This document shows positions 37,776 to 51,095 of a stretch of 64,000 nucleotides of DNA, one piece after another. The stretch is from assembly GCA_964016885.1 (NCBI GenBank), contig OZ024754.1, forward strand, positions 13,888,001 to 13,952,000. Reading direction: 5' to 3'. Numbering within the stretch: the first letter of the stretch is position 1; every line of letters begins with the position of its first letter. Both the position numbers and the translations under genes were made by a program. The notes beneath the pieces are model-generated. The model was not told the origin of the DNA and did not search any database. It was given only the letters and a program-made list of their open reading frames with translations. The stretch comes from Eledone cirrhosa (Eukaryota).

Positions 37776-37964
37776 ATTGTTTCTACTTTTGGCACAAGGC
37801 CAGCAATTACTCAGTGTATTACTGGTACTTTATTTTATCGACCCCGTAAGGATGAAAGGCAAAGTTAACCTTGGCAGGATTTGAACTCAGAATGGCAAGG
37901 GCCGTAACTCTATGCTTCAAAGCATGGCGTCCGACTCTCTACCGATACTGCCAATCCACCGCCC
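37776..37964 (-). mobile_element. SINE family A with 16-bp TSD
   Basis: TSD tatcatacatataata at 37760-37775 and 37965-37980. Confidence 0.85.
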
Positions 37965-38829
37965 TATCATACATATAATAATAAATAAAGATTAAAATCC
38001 AGACAGGACTCGAAAAGGTTGATCTCGCTTAGGGTGAAAGCAGAAATTGTTTGCTTAAACTTTTAATCAGTGTTTACAGAAGTCCGACAAGCTTTTGATT
38101 CTAGAGTCGAGCCAGATCGATCCAGATCGAACCTTGAGCTGATCAATCGCGAAACGTGCGTCACTACACAATAAACGTAATGAAGACCTAATAAATCGTC
38201 CTTTTTATTATAAGTATATATATATATATATATAATAGATAAATAAATGCCATTGTTAAATAATAAATAAATCAACTAATACCTTAACACTTCACAGAAA
38301 GTAAAACATTTCGTTTTAATCATTTTCTAACCCAGAAAAGAGAGAAAGACAAAAAAAGGAAAAAAAAATATTTTTCTTCCTCATAATCGTCTCTTTCTCC
38401 GTTTTCATATATATACCTTTCATTTATATATATATATATATAATATATATACACACACATACATATTCTATAGATATCATATACATACATGCATGCATGC
38501 TATATATATATATATTATATATATACACATATTCTATAGATATTATATACATGAATACTATAATATATTGTATATATATATATATATTATATACATACAT
38601 ATTCTATAGATATTATATACATGCATACTTAGTGTACTCGTCAATACTATATATAAATAAGTTATATTTACAGCATAATAAAAAGTTTGGAAACTTCCTA
38701 AAGAAGTTTAGAAAATGTCTTTGTAACTTACAAAAGCCTGTCAGATGCTTTCTGTATTCATTCCCTTTATAATTCTTTTTTTTTTTCCATAAGAGTACCT
38801 CAAATCCAAGAGCAGGTAACTCCCATTTA

Positions 38830-38870
38830 GTTACTGCGCAGGCGTCGCGCCATTTTAAACATCGTTTTCT
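38830..38870. promoter_or_regulatory. Putative RCC1 core promoter (NRF1-like TGCGCAGGCG, YY1-like CGCCATTTT)
   Basis: CpG-containing motif pair at 38835-38856, ~150 bp upstream of the candidate ATG-bearing exon. Confidence 0.5.
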
Positions 38871-38998
38871 TCGCTAAAACAATATTTGTTAGTATTTATT
38901 ATTATTTTATATACCTATATGTATACCACTTGATATCATCATAATTCTCGTTAAAATCTTTCAATTATCGATTTAATCTTCCTACCAATTGCTGCACC

Positions 38999-39007
38999 AT
39001 GTCGAAT
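38999..39007 (+). CDS. RCC1: RCC1 candidate coding exon 1 (MSN)
   Basis: gcaccATGTCGAAT|gtaagt: good Kozak context and donor, phase 0 into exon 2. An alternative start is the ATG at 41791. Confidence 0.55.
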
Positions 39008-40949
39008 GTAAGTCATCTTTTATATATATATACACACATATATATATGTTGTGTTAGTACTACAATAACCACGTGTTAATCTGGTCAGTTCAAACTTACC
39101 GGTTACTTTTCTTTCTTTATTCGATCGTTAATGCAATCATGTAAACGCTATATATATAAATATTCATCGTACACATTCAGTGTAACCCACTTATTTCTAA
39201 TCTCTGGTAATATTATCAAACGATTATTTTAACTATATTATTGATTGCAACAACAAAAAAAAAAAACCCTCGCTGGATAATTGTCAAATCTCTGCTTAAT
39301 GTTATATGTTGGTTATTCTTCTTATCTGAAAGGCTCCGTTCCAAAGTAGTTGCAACAGATTTCTCTCTATATATATATAAATATATGTATTATATACAGA
39401 AATTCTGCTGTGACCAGAGCCTTTCAGTTAAAAATAACCGATATATATGTCGTGATCTTTCGTTTTTTGTCTTTCTCCACTTTCAATTTTATACCGGTCA
39501 ATTACAAAAAATGAAATATTTACCGATATGAAATGAAAGATCACGATATACATACATGTACGTATATAAATATATATTTATAATCTGAGTCAAAAGACCA
39601 ATTACAGTATATAATGTTTAATATATATTTATATAGGTACGTAAATATTTGCGTGTGTGTTGTGGATCCTACATCGATTTTGATGATTAACACTCGATTC
39701 GATAATTCGATCAACTAGCTGCTCGTTAAATTATATGTCAAATTTCTGCACAGACATTTGTACCGTTAAACGTAGTCCTTAAGTAGTATCATCATATATA
39801 TATATATATATATATACATACACAAACACACTTATACATATATGTATATATACATGTTCACTTTATAATATATATATATATATATATATATACAAATATT
39901 GAAAATAAACATTTTATCTGTTGGATACATCTAAATATATTTTTTTAAAAACACACTTTTTATATATATACACACACACACTTGTGCCTTTTCCAGTGTA
40001 ATTATAGTTAAATACGGTATCGAAACAGGAAACACATTTCTTACCGTTATCTTCCCGCCATGTTACTATGTACACAACCAACACTATAACAAATATAATA
40101 ACGATATTTGAGAAGTTAGTATAAATAGAAATTGAAATGGTGGCAGGCTGGAATTGTCAGATGGGGTGGGTGGGGGCAGAATCTTTGACAATCTCGAAAT
40201 AAGGAAATGTACATTTCACATATGTTTCACCACATTCGTTGTGTATATACAATTTAAGGTTCGCCCATCGGCTTGTGTGTGTATATATATATAGCCGATA
40301 TGTTGATGCATACATTTTCCTTTTTCAACAAGCATGAATACAACTGATAGCTTGTTTTATATATATAATTATTTACGTCCATTTTCCTGGTTTACATGGG
40401 TTGGACGGTTTGTCACGGTCCGAGGGGCCCTGGACTACGCGAAATAGTGAAAACGATGAGATATTTTCATTTTCTTAATAGCCAACAAAAGCAATGTACG
40501 TGTCCTTTTGAAGATACAGAAAATAATGCTGTTTGGATTTGAAGCGGAATCGATTGGCTTACATAATCCTGCTCCGACTGCCGGCCTGTGATTGAAACAT
40601 GGAAAACCAAGCCATGGGCGGTCGATTAGGGAAGTCCTTAGAGATTCCAACAGTATTTCTTCCGGCTCTTTATGTTCTAAGTTCAAATCTCGCCGAGGTC
40701 AACTTTACCATTCGTCGATAAAATAAAATACTATTCAAGTACGTGAGTCGATTTAGTCAACCTATCCTTTCCCTTAAATGATTAGCCGAGAACATAGTTT
40801 ATTTCTTAAATGATAATTCAGGTTTATCGATGAAGTAAAAATGGAACTATTATCTTCCAGCTCATTCCTTAAGTATACACACACACACAACCCATGCTTG
40901 CATGGGAAAACGGACGTAAATGGATATATATATATATAGAATATATACT

Positions 40950-41406
40950 GATGGAAACCGCGGAGTGGGGAGACCCAAGATGACCTGGGATGAGGTGATA
41001 AAAGCCGACCTTACCCAATTACACCTCTCAAAGACAATGACACACGACCGTGACCTCTGGCGTCACGCAGTAATACAGAGTACCCGACCTCCCATGGGTA
41101 CAAGCTGAAGCATATAGACAATATGCCCCCACACACCCCACCGCAAGGTGGTCGTGGAGGTGCCACGGAAAAAAAGCACCCAGCCCACACTGTAAAGTGG
41201 ACGTGTAGGCGCCACGGAAAAAAAGTACCCAGCACTCACTGTAAATGAGGTTGGTGTTAGGAAGGGCATCCAGCTGTAGAAATCAAGCCAAATCAGTTCC
41301 TGTATGAGCAAGGCATGGTCAGCTGACCAGACACTGCCCACAACAGGACAACCCGTCTAACCCATGCTAGCGTGGAAGAACGGACGTAAAACGGTGATGA
41401 TGATGA
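40950..41406 (+). mobile_element. RTE 3' fragment followed by SINE family C (RCC1 intron 1)
   Basis: GRPKMTWDEVIKADL..., then near-identity to 9700-9986. Confidence 0.8.
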
Positions 41407-41787
41407 TAGAAACAATGGATATATATATATAGAGAGAGAGAGAGATAGTCGATACTTATCTAAGGGAAGTAATTAAGAAGGAGGTCTTTTACACTAAAAG
41501 TAAATACAGTGCCAGCTTATTATAGTCACAGGCGGTCCAGTAGTTGCTGCTTTCTTCTTAACTTCTGATTGTATTAAAGGGACACTAGTGACATTTAAAT
41601 TAGTGGAGCCAATGTCCTCCTCAGATCTAAACGCAGCTGATTTTCTTCCTGAGAAGCAGGCAGAGACAAAAAGTAAGGAAGAGATATAGAGGAAGAACCG
41701 TTCCCCAATACTGGAGTGATATTTTATTTATTGACTTTTTTTCAATTTCTGAAACCTTTCGCTAAATTTGAATTTGATGTATTTTAG

Positions 41788-41857
41788 GTGATGAAATCAA
41801 GAAACAAACGGAAGTCGAAGAAAGATACAACACCAACAGTAACAAAACGATCTAAAG
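41788..41857 (+). CDS. RCC1: RCC1 exon 2 (basic N-terminal tail/NLS: VMKSRNKRKSKKDTTPTVTKRSK)
   Basis: ttttag|GTG...AAAG|gtaaac; phase 1 joins exon 3. Confidence 0.8.
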
Positions 41858-43012
41858 GTAAACTTCTATTTTATCTCAGTCTCAGGCCTACATTAATACC
41901 TGCAGCTGTTGTTGACCCTATTATATTTTTGTTTTTGAGTGTGATTGTGAGGTAATTGGCTTCTTTTTCTAGCAGGTTGGGCAACCTTATAATAGAAGCT
42001 CATTCATTGTCTTGTTTTATATATTTAATTTCAAATGTTTGTGGTATTATTATGTTATTTATTCAATAATGTAATATCCTGAAGCAAGACATGTTTATTT
42101 AGCCTGAAAGAAAGTTGTAAGTTGACTGAAATATTCGATGATGTGAAGATTGGCATGAAATATTTCATAATGCTGAGCCAAGGAAAGAAGGAAGAACATC
42201 TAAATGTCATAATAAAGTAGCCACTGGCGACATGATAAAACATACACAGTCCACTCTGTAAGCTTGTCATACAGGTGCCACAACATAAAGCACCCAAACC
42301 ACATGGTAAGGGAGTCATATTGGTGTTACAATAAATAGCACTCAGTCCACCCTGTAAGGTTGTCATACAGTGTTACAAAAAGAACCTAAGGTGACCGTAC
42401 TGGTGTCACAACAAAGAAAGCACCCAGTAAAATGATTAAACTGGTGTCATAACAAAAAAAAAGCACCCAGGTAATCCTTATAAGGTGGTAGTGCTGGTGT
42501 CACAAACAAAAGGCACCCAGTAAAGTGATTGTACTGGTGTCACAACAAAGAAAGCACCCAGTCCACCCAGTAAAGTGATTGTACTGATGTCACAACAAAA
42601 GCATCCAGACCATCCCTATGAGGTGGTAGTGATGGTGCTATAAAAAAAAAATCTCCCACTACATGCTGTGAAGTGGTTGGAAGTGCATCAAGTCATAGAA
42701 AATCAATTCTAAAACAGCATATGAGTAAGGCATGGCCATGCAAGTATAAACAATTTAGACGTTAAATGATGTGTGTTTGTGTGCATCTGAACTGGATACA
42801 CACATTTATATCATCAGATTGTTGTTTCCATGCTTGAATGTTACTTTTTGAGGTAATATTTTACAGCCAGACATCCTTTCTGACACCAACCCTTTTAGTT
42901 GCTTCTTACATCATGCAGGGCTCGGTGTATCTTTTAAGGATTTAAAAAGAAAAATTAAACTCTACCTGCTCTAAAGACTCAACTAAATTTGTTTCTTTAC
43001 TTTCTTTTGTAG

Positions 43013-43200
43013 TCTTTCATAGAAGTCATTGTTCTGAAGAAGGTTTGGTTCTTACAGTTGGAAATGGTGATGTTGGTCAGTTAGGGCTTGGGCCTGACGT
43101 AATGGAGAAGAGTAGACCAGCATTGGTTGAGTTTCCAGAGGCTGTTGTCCAGGTGTGTGCTGGAGGTATGCACACTCTATGTGTAACTGTATCAGGAAAG
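43013..43200 (+). CDS. RCC1: RCC1 exon 3
   Basis: [26 protein letters not shown]...AGGMHT, matching human RCC1 ([26 protein letters not shown]) as recalled; AG/GT boundaries. Confidence 0.95.
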
Positions 43201-43859
43201 GTAATTTTGTTTTCTTTGCTTTGCTTCGGACTCTGTGTCCCCTCACATCATCCTTTCTCTACTGGTTGTGATCTCATGGTCAGCTCTCAGCTGTGAGAAG
43301 TGGTATCTTACAGTGGTCTCGGATGTTGTTGGTCCTTCTCCTTGGAGGCTGTCTACTCTCCCTGCTAACAGGGGTCAGGAGGAATCTTCAGTTAACCTCC
43401 CTAGTGTTGGTGATTTACATGATAAACGCACCCAGTACACTCTGTAAATGATAGGGTGTCAAGCCGAAGGGTGAGGAGGTTCCTCAGTTGTGTCAAAGAC
43501 ATGGCAATCTCCTTAGTGCTGATGTCACAGTAGTATATACTTGGCTCAGTCATATGTAAGCGAGTTGCAGGCTGCTGGCCTCATCAGAACAGTCAGTAGA
43601 ATGCAGAGATGTATGTAAGAAAGATGCTGAGTTGGTACCTCTGCACTAAGTACTAATCCTGTCTCCTGACGACCTAGTCAACTCTTGCAAGCAGGGAGAG
43701 TGGACGTTAAAGGATGATAAAGGTCATCCAGCTGTAAAAATTTCCATGCAGCCCATGCTAGCATGGAAAAGCAAATGTAAAGATAACTGTGATGATATAA
43801 ATTATTGTTGTTACTTATTAGCTGATTGTGATTTCATTCCCGCCATCTCTTAATTTCAG

Positions 43860-44039
43860 GTGTATTCATTTGGTTGCAATGATGAAGGTGCTTTAGGGCG
43901 AGATACTAGTGAAGAAGGCTCAGAAACTACACCTGAACTTGTTGATTTACGAGGAAAAGTTGTACAAGTATCAGCTGGAGATAGTCACTCTGCAGCTTTG
44001 TTTGAAGATGGCACAGTTTATATTTGGGGTAACTTCAGG
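43860..44039 (+). CDS. RCC1: RCC1 exon 4
   Basis: [17 protein letters not shown]...[11 protein letters not shown]...WGNFR. Confidence 0.95.
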
Positions 44040-44804
44040 GTAAGTTGGGTTTTGTTTGTTTGTTTGTTTTTTCAAATTATTTTAATTTAATATTCAATTT
44101 TGGTATTTGTGCCTGCCCTTACATATAACCATAAATTTGGGTTAATGGCCAAAAGAATATGATCATAAATACAAGCAACCGAAATAGGGTTTCTCCTAAG
44201 GTTCTTGTAGTTGTGTGTTACTCAAGAGTTTCACTGGTTTTCAGAGATTGAGTCAGTACTCAAGTGGAGCTACTGACATCTCAGATGGGCTGGAAGCCTA
44301 TACTTTGCTAGCTTACCTTCCCATGCCCTACCATGCATTTTCTTTTGGCACCATTATGAAGGAGGTTATCAAGTCTTTGACACAGCTAAAAATACCATGC
44401 AACTCTTTGTGTAGATCACCAACACTAGGTAGATTGTCATGTCTATGACACAGCTGGAAAGTCCACCTAGCCCTTTATTTGGCAAGTTTTCTACAGCTAG
44501 ATACCCTTCCTATCACCAACCATTTTGTAGAGTGTACTGGGTGCATCCTTGACACAACTGAAAAGTTCTCGCAACCATTAGGAAGGTTGTTATATCTTTG
44601 AAGAAGCCTCCTGACTCTTTGTTTAGTAGATTTTCTAAGACTCAATGCACTTCCTGCAGTGAACCTTGGGGAACTTAATGTATATTCTTACGCTCTACCA
44701 AGTGCATTTTATCATAGCATCAACACTAAGGAAATTATCATATTGACGTAGCTGAAGAGTCCTGCCGGCCCTTTCTATGGCAGGTTTTCTACAGCTAAAT
44801 CATA

Positions 44805-45117
44805 TAAATCATTTTTGCTTGCAAGGGTGAGATGGGAACAGATTCTGGCTTGATTTCTACAGCTGGATGCCCTTCCTAACACCAACCTCATTTATAGTGA
44901 GTGCTGGGTGCTTTTCTGCCGTGGCACCTCCACGTCCACTTTGCAGTGGAATGATAGAGACCACAGACCCTATCATCTCATTTCTACAGCTGAGTAAACT
45001 GGAGCAACGTGAAATAAAGTGTCTTGCTCAAGGAAACAACACATCACCCGGTCCGAGAATTGAACTCACAACCTTTCGATTGCAAGGCCAATGCTCTAAC
45101 CACTAAGCCATGTGCCT
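44805..45117 (-). mobile_element. SINE family B (RCC1 intron)
   Basis: Near-identical to 36413-36742. Confidence 0.85.
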
Positions 45118-45181
45118 AAATATTATATATATTTTCTATTTATTTTTCTCTAAAGGTTATTCTACTTTATTTTTATTGCAG

Positions 45182-45326
45182 GATGGAAACGGTTCAATCG
45201 GCTTAACTACAGATGGTCCCATGAAATTGCCAGTTGAATATTTACCTTCAGAAATATTTGTAAAAATAGCAAGTGGAGGGGATCACTTGGCTTTGTTAAC
45301 TATAGATGGCAGAATATACACTGCTG
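45182..45326 (+). CDS. RCC1: RCC1 exon 5
   Basis: DGNGSIGL...KIASGGDHLALLTIDGRIYTA. Confidence 0.95.
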
Positions 45327-45349
45327 GTAAATTATAGTTATTATTATTC

Positions 45350-46400
45350 AATTGACAGAATCTTTAGAGCATTACATTCTGAGTTTAAATCCCATCATGG
45401 TTAGCTTTGCCTTTCATCTCCGCAGGGTTGATAAAATAAAGCAACAGTAACACACTAGGGTCGATTTAATTGACTTTTCCCTTCCCCCCAAATTGTTGGC
45501 TTTGTGCCTAAATCAGAAACCATTATTATCATTGGAGTGGCAGTATAGGTAGAGCGTCAGACACCATGTTTTGCAGCATAGAGTTATGGCCTTTTACGCT
45601 CTGAGTTCAAATCCCACCGAGATTAACTTTGCCTTTCATCCTTTTGTGGTCGATAAAATAAAGCACCAGTAATGCACTGGGGTCGATTTAATCTAAACCC
45701 CCCCCCCTCCCCCTCCCCTCCACGCCCCTTGTACCTATAGTAGAAATGGATTGGCACTATCAAATCCCGCCGAGGTTAACTTTGCCTTTCATCCTTACGG
45801 GGTCAATAAAATAAAGTACCAGTAATGCACTGGGGTAATTGCTGGCCTTGTCCCAAAAGTAGAAACCATTATTATTATCGTTGAATTGGCAGAATCTTTA
45901 GAGTATTGCACAAAATGCCTTGCTCTATTTGTTTTGGCTCTGTGTATTCTCAGTTCAAATCCCACCACGGTTAACTTTGCTTTTCATCCTTACAGGGTCG
46001 ATAAAATAAAGCAACAGTCATGCACTGGATGTTGATATAATGTACTTTCTCTTCTCCCCAAATTTCTGGTCGTGGTGGTGATGATTATTCGATCCTCTAT
46101 ATTGCTCTTCAACCTGCTAGAAATAGCAGCTAAATATCCTTCAAATGACATCCTACTATCTTAAAAACAGAAAGATATATTGGCTGATGTATTCTTACAT
46201 ACATTATATCTGAAATACGGTGGATTGGCAGTATCGGTGGAGGGTCGGACGCCATGCTTTCCAGCATAGTTACGTCCCTTTACGATATGAGTTCAAATCC
46301 CGCCGAGGTTGACTTTGCCTTTCATCCTTACGGGGTCGATAAAATAAAGTACCAGTAATGCACTGGGTAATTGCTGGCCTTGTGCCTAAAGTAGAAACAA
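45350..46400 (+). mobile_element. Cluster of ~5 SINE family A copies in RCC1 intron 5
   Basis: Repeated gagttcaaatccc...ctttgcctttcatcc. The last copy (46218-46399) has a 15-bp TSD, attatatctgaaata. Confidence 0.8.
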
Positions 46401-46531
46401 TTATATCTGAAATATATAGAAAATGGGATGTTCTTTGATGAAATAACGTTTGTCATAGGTCAGCCCTAAACAGTAAAGAACAAGAAATATAAGATTTTTC
46501 TATACTAAAATTGTATTTGGTGTATTTACAG

Positions 46532-46603
46532 GTTGTGGAGAGCAAGGACAACTTGGCAGGATTGCAAAACAGTTTGCCAATCGTGGTGGAAGAAAAGGTT
46601 TAG
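46532..46603 (+). CDS. RCC1: RCC1 exon 6
   Basis: GCGEQGQLGRIAKQFANRGGRKGL. Confidence 0.95.
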   Translation, partial: VVESKDNLAGLQNSLPIVVEEKV

Positions 46604-47157
46604 GTAACTGTTGATTTCTTGTTTATTTTTCTCCTTCACCCAGATCATTTCCTCAGCTTAGCTTATCTAAACCAAAAATTGCTGGCCTTGTGCCTGAATT
46701 AGAAATCATCATCATCATCATACATCCGCTTTTCCCTGCTTGCAAGGGTATTTCTTATTCATTGTATTACTTATTCAAGTTTAAGCTAGCTCAGCTACAA
46801 TTTTGAGTATAGATTGGGCTTATGATCATTTTTCTGTTGAATTTCCCATGCTGGCATGTGTTGGATGGATGCCCTTGTTAGCACCAACTCTTTTAGTTGC
46901 TTTTTACTACATGCACATATGCAGATATGGTATACCTATTCTAAATTGGATACACACATATATATCATCATCATTGTTTTTACAGACAGATGCCCTTCAT
47001 GATACCAACTCTTTTGGTTGCTTCTTATGACATGGTGTGCCTATTCTAAACCAGATTCTTCTATTTATTTAATTTCTAGGACTGAAGTAGTTCTGTGTTC
47101 TGTCCACAAATTTCTAGACCTTCCTTGACCATCATTTTCTTTATATGTTTCTTGTAG

Positions 47158-47313
47158 GATTAATTTTAATGCCACAAATAGTCCGCTTCAAAGGATCTCC
47201 CAACGTCCAGCCTAAATTCTCTGATATCTGGGCATTACAGTATGCCACCTTTGCTGAGGAGAAAGAAACCGGACATATCTACAGTTGGGGTTTAAATAAT
47301 TATGATCAACTTG
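47158..47313 (+). CDS. RCC1: RCC1 exon 7
   Basis: LILMPQIVRFK...YATFA...IYSWGLNNYDQL. Confidence 0.9.
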
Positions 47314-47779
47314 GTAAGTAATAATGCTCTCTCTCTCTCTCTCTCTCTCTCTCATGTAGCATTACTAAAGTAAATTTTACAGCTATGATCTATGGGAATG
47401 AATGTTTTATTTGGCTGTTTTGTTTGTTTTAAAAAGCAACTTCGGTGGTAACTTTTCAGATGAGGAAATTCAAAACTTTCCAGTTGGAATAACTTTGCTT
47501 GTGTTGCTTGAGAAAGGTATTTACATCGAGGTTTCTGTTACCTAGAGAACCTAATCGGCAATGGAAGTGGATGTTATAAAAACACTGATAGAAAACATTC
47601 TGACATATATTTCTGCTGACAGTAAAAGGATTCTCATTTCAAGTGAAGGGTAGATTGTTTGATATTTATGTATGAAATACAAAATTGCATGAGTGTGAGA
47701 CTTGGACGTTGAATAAGAAAGAGGTAAGCATTCTTCACCGGATATGTTATGATTCTTGCTTGTTTTTCCTCCTCTATAG

Positions 47780-47893
47780 GTTTCAATGATATGGAAGACC
47801 GGTTCATTCCAGAGAAAGTCACCAATTTTAATAATAAATCTTGGTTGGAAATAGTTGGTGGCTTGCATCATACAGTAGCACTTAGCAGTGATG
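47780..47893 (+). CDS. RCC1: RCC1 exon 8
   Basis: FNDMEDRFIPEKVTNFNNKSWLEIVGGLHHTVALSSD. Confidence 0.9.
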
Positions 47894-48655
47894 GTAGAGT
47901 ATATTTTATTTTGCTTCTTTAGCTTCTGCTATATTATTAACCCTGTTGGCACTGTAGGCAACAGAAGTCGCCGATTGAGTAATCTCCCCTTAATACATAA
48001 TACTGTCTCAAGGGGAGTAATTGACAAAAAAATATTCAGCCTCCTAAAGATTAAGTTGTTCACAAACTGACTTTTTACACTAGTTTTAACCCTTTCATTG
48101 CCATATTCCCAATGAAAGTCACTGCTTTTGAAAAGAAAAGAATTTGGAATTATTTAGTAATATAACTAATATTTTCATTAAATTTATGTTTAGAACATCA
48201 ATGAACTAAAAGGTTGATTTTATTCCTAATTATTGTAATGAGTAGCAACCAGTGATATTACACCAGACTAAATATTTAAATTATTTTTCAGTCTCAACCT
48301 ACTTTACAAGTTTCTATTTCATGTAGAATTACATCATCTGGTACATTGATTTTTAATATCTTTGCCTATTTATCAAAACTTGATAAAAAAAAAGTACCAG
48401 TCATGTACTAAGGGTTATTTCATGAATTGTATTCTTTCCATACAATTAAGCTATTAGCTAAACCTACACTTATGTGAGCTATTATAGTAATATACGAGGT
48501 CACCTAAACCTACAAGGGAGGCCAACTATATATGTACTTATGTTGGCCATAACAACTCTTATGGCTTTACCCATTCTCAATTTTTCTTTCATAAATGTTA
48601 CTTGTGTGAACCAAAATGCCTTGTTTAACATGTCTTATCTCTACTGCAATTGCAG

Positions 48656-48811
48656 GTAAAGTGCATGTTATAGGACGTGGTGATTATGGCCGTCTTGGCC
48701 TCGGAAAGGACATCACATTAGTAAGTCAACCCACTGTTGTCGATTCACTGAAAAATAAAGTTGTCAAGATTTCAGCTGCAGGTTCTGTTTCATATGGAAT
48801 TGCATCAGATG
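48656..48811 (+). CDS. RCC1: RCC1 exon 9
   Basis: KVHVIGRGDYGRLGLG...ISAAGSVSYGIASD. Confidence 0.95.
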
Positions 48812-49600
48812 GTAAGTTGACCCTTCACTTATTAATAATTCTATTCATAAATTCTTTTAGTCTTTTTTAAACTGTCTTATATGTATATATATATTAGACT
48901 GTCATATATTCATCTTCCACGCTAGCATGGATTAGACGGTTTTGTTCCATTTGATGCGGGGTTGGTCAGGGGACAGTGTCTCACTCGTACGGAACTGTCT
49001 CTGGCAGGTTTTCTACGGATGGATGTCCTTCCTAACACCAACCACTTTACAGTGTGGACTGAGTGCTTTTTGTTGTGTCACCGACATAGTGGACAGAAAT
49101 GCTATATCAGCAGATCCTACAGAGGGACTTTTAATGTCAGATATTTGTCAACAGGGAACTCAGTCTACATACCATCAAGGTGTGGTATACATATATAACT
49201 CACACCTTAACTTGAATCTAAATAAACCTACAACAAATCAAAACTGTCCACTAACTGAAGCAAATGTAATCCATAAACCTACATTTGACCCCATTCACTA
49301 GACCCCTACTGCAGAAGGAAAAGTAAAATCACACGTCCTTCAAAACCTTATCCAACCATTACAACAGAAAACCACTGACATGTACAAATTAAGGACAGGA
49401 GCTGAGGAAGGGAGGTAGACAGCAGGGGTGGGGCTAAGTTAGAAGATTCTTCCCTAAAGTTCTGCGACAGGGGATTAAACGCAGAACCACGTGTTTGTGT
49501 AGTAAACTTCTGAACAATACAGCCAGTTCTGCACTCAGATTGAATTCTGGGGCAGGGTTTCTTTATTTGTAGGTATTAACAGAAACTTCTCTTTTTACAG

Positions 49601-49706
49601 GAACATTATATGCTTGGGGTATGGGAACTAATTACCAGCTGGCCAGTGGCAATGATGATGATGCTTGGATTCCAAAACAGATGGGTGGTAAACAGTTAGC
49701 AGAAAG
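49601..49706 (+). CDS. RCC1: RCC1 exon 10
   Basis: [34 protein letters not shown]. Confidence 0.95.
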
Positions 49707-50304
49707 GTTAGTATTGTAACATACATCGTGTTGTGAGTTTTAACTGCTTTCTTCTCATGAAGATCAAAGATCAAATTGTTTACTTTTAATGTTTCTTGTG
49801 AATGACATACACTATCTACAATTACGAAAATAATCAAGAATTTGGAGAGGTTTACTAATGTAATGAACTTTCTCATTATTAAATGGTGTTAAATATATTT
49901 TAACCCTTTTGTAACTATTTCTAATGAAATACACTTTATTGCTATTAATGAAGAATTTGAAAGGATCTACTAAAATTATTTATTTCATTACTAAGATAGT
50001 AACATGTGGACTTTATATGACATTATGTTAGAAGATTTTAATTTAAAGATGGACCCTTTAAAATGTATGGTTTTATTTCATAGAACCAGAGTTGGTTTGG
50101 GGGCAGGTTGGTTTCAAAGGGTTATGAATTTGATCATTCCACCTCCACCATGCATTCTTTATCGCCGTGCACAATCTGGGGAGATGGCCATAACTGGACC
50201 TTGAAACCTAAGGCAGCACTTTTCTCTGTATGATCATAAATAATATATCAAAAGGGTTACATTCTGGGGAATTGAACCCCGATGGCAACCTCTTTTTCCA
50301 TCTT

Positions 50305-50959
50305 TTAACCCTTTAGCATTTAAACTGGCCATATCCGGCCAGAATTCTCTCACCTCTTTCTGTTCAAGCTGGCCATAACTGGCTACTCATACTGATGTTA
50401 AGGTATTGTTCTCAAAATAAATAATATCAAAATCTCATAGCTTCGATATTATGTGAGATAAAGCCTTTATCGTGAAAATACAATAGTAAATATAGAGTAA
50501 TGTAAATGTTAAAGGATTAAGGGTCTTCAACCTATTTTATAGCATCTCTGCACATGAGCACATCGTTCTTTACATTAACTCTATATTCTCAGCACAAGAG
50601 ATCAGCTACGTAAATTGTTTGAATAATAAAAATAATTTTACAGTCTAAGAGGTGTTTTATTTCTTATTTTGTTTTAAAGCCTTTAGCATTTAGACTGACC
50701 GTATCTGGCCAGTATTCTCTCACCTCTTTCTGTTCAAACCGGCCCTAACTGGCCACTCATACTGATGATAAGGTATTGCTCTCAAAATAAAGAATATCAA
50801 AATTTCAGAGATTTAATATTATGTGAGATAAAGCCTTTACTGTGAAAATACAATAGTAAATATAGAGTAATGTAAATGTTATGTGAGATATTATGAGGTA
50901 AAGCCTTTACTGTGAAAATACAATAGTAAATATAGAGTAATGCAAATGTTAAAGGGTTA
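50305..50959. mobile_element. Two piggyBac-like TTAA MITE copies (50305-50520; 50674-50959)
   Basis: Same TIR and internal sequence as 35336-35564; the second copy has an internal duplication. Confidence 0.75.
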
Positions 50960-51028
50960 CAAAAGAAAAACATTTCAAATCAAAGCAATTATAGTTGATT
51001 AAATTTTTTTTTTTTTCTTTTTTTACAG

Positions 51029-51095
51029 GAAAGGTGTTTCGATATCAGCCGGGGGACAACACTGCATCATACTCTGTAAACCTGGTCAATCTTAA
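51029..51095 (+). CDS. RCC1: RCC1 exon 11 (terminal)
   Basis: KGVSISAGGQHCIILCKPGQS*. The 11 exons sum to 1263 nt (420 aa + stop) with all phases consistent. Confidence 0.9.

Noticed and set aside
38135-38176. Additional hammerhead (GAAACGTGCGTC + AATAAA)
   Set aside because: The CTGAnGA half of the core is missing, so it is at most a decayed remnant. CTGATGA at ~590 and ~37315 likewise lack a matching GAAA.
41580-41680. Alternative RCC1 first coding exon (MSSSDLNAADFLPEKQAETK)
   Set aside because: The donor phase is incompatible with exon 2 and leads to a stop; no other support.
47434-47725. Intronic H/ACA snoRNA (U17/SNORA73, as associated with vertebrate RCC1)
   Set aside because: No ANANNA hinge and no AUAUUCCUA/AAACCAU motifs were found. 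The region translates to RTE-like remnants (FCYLENLIGNGSGC, HECETWTLNK).
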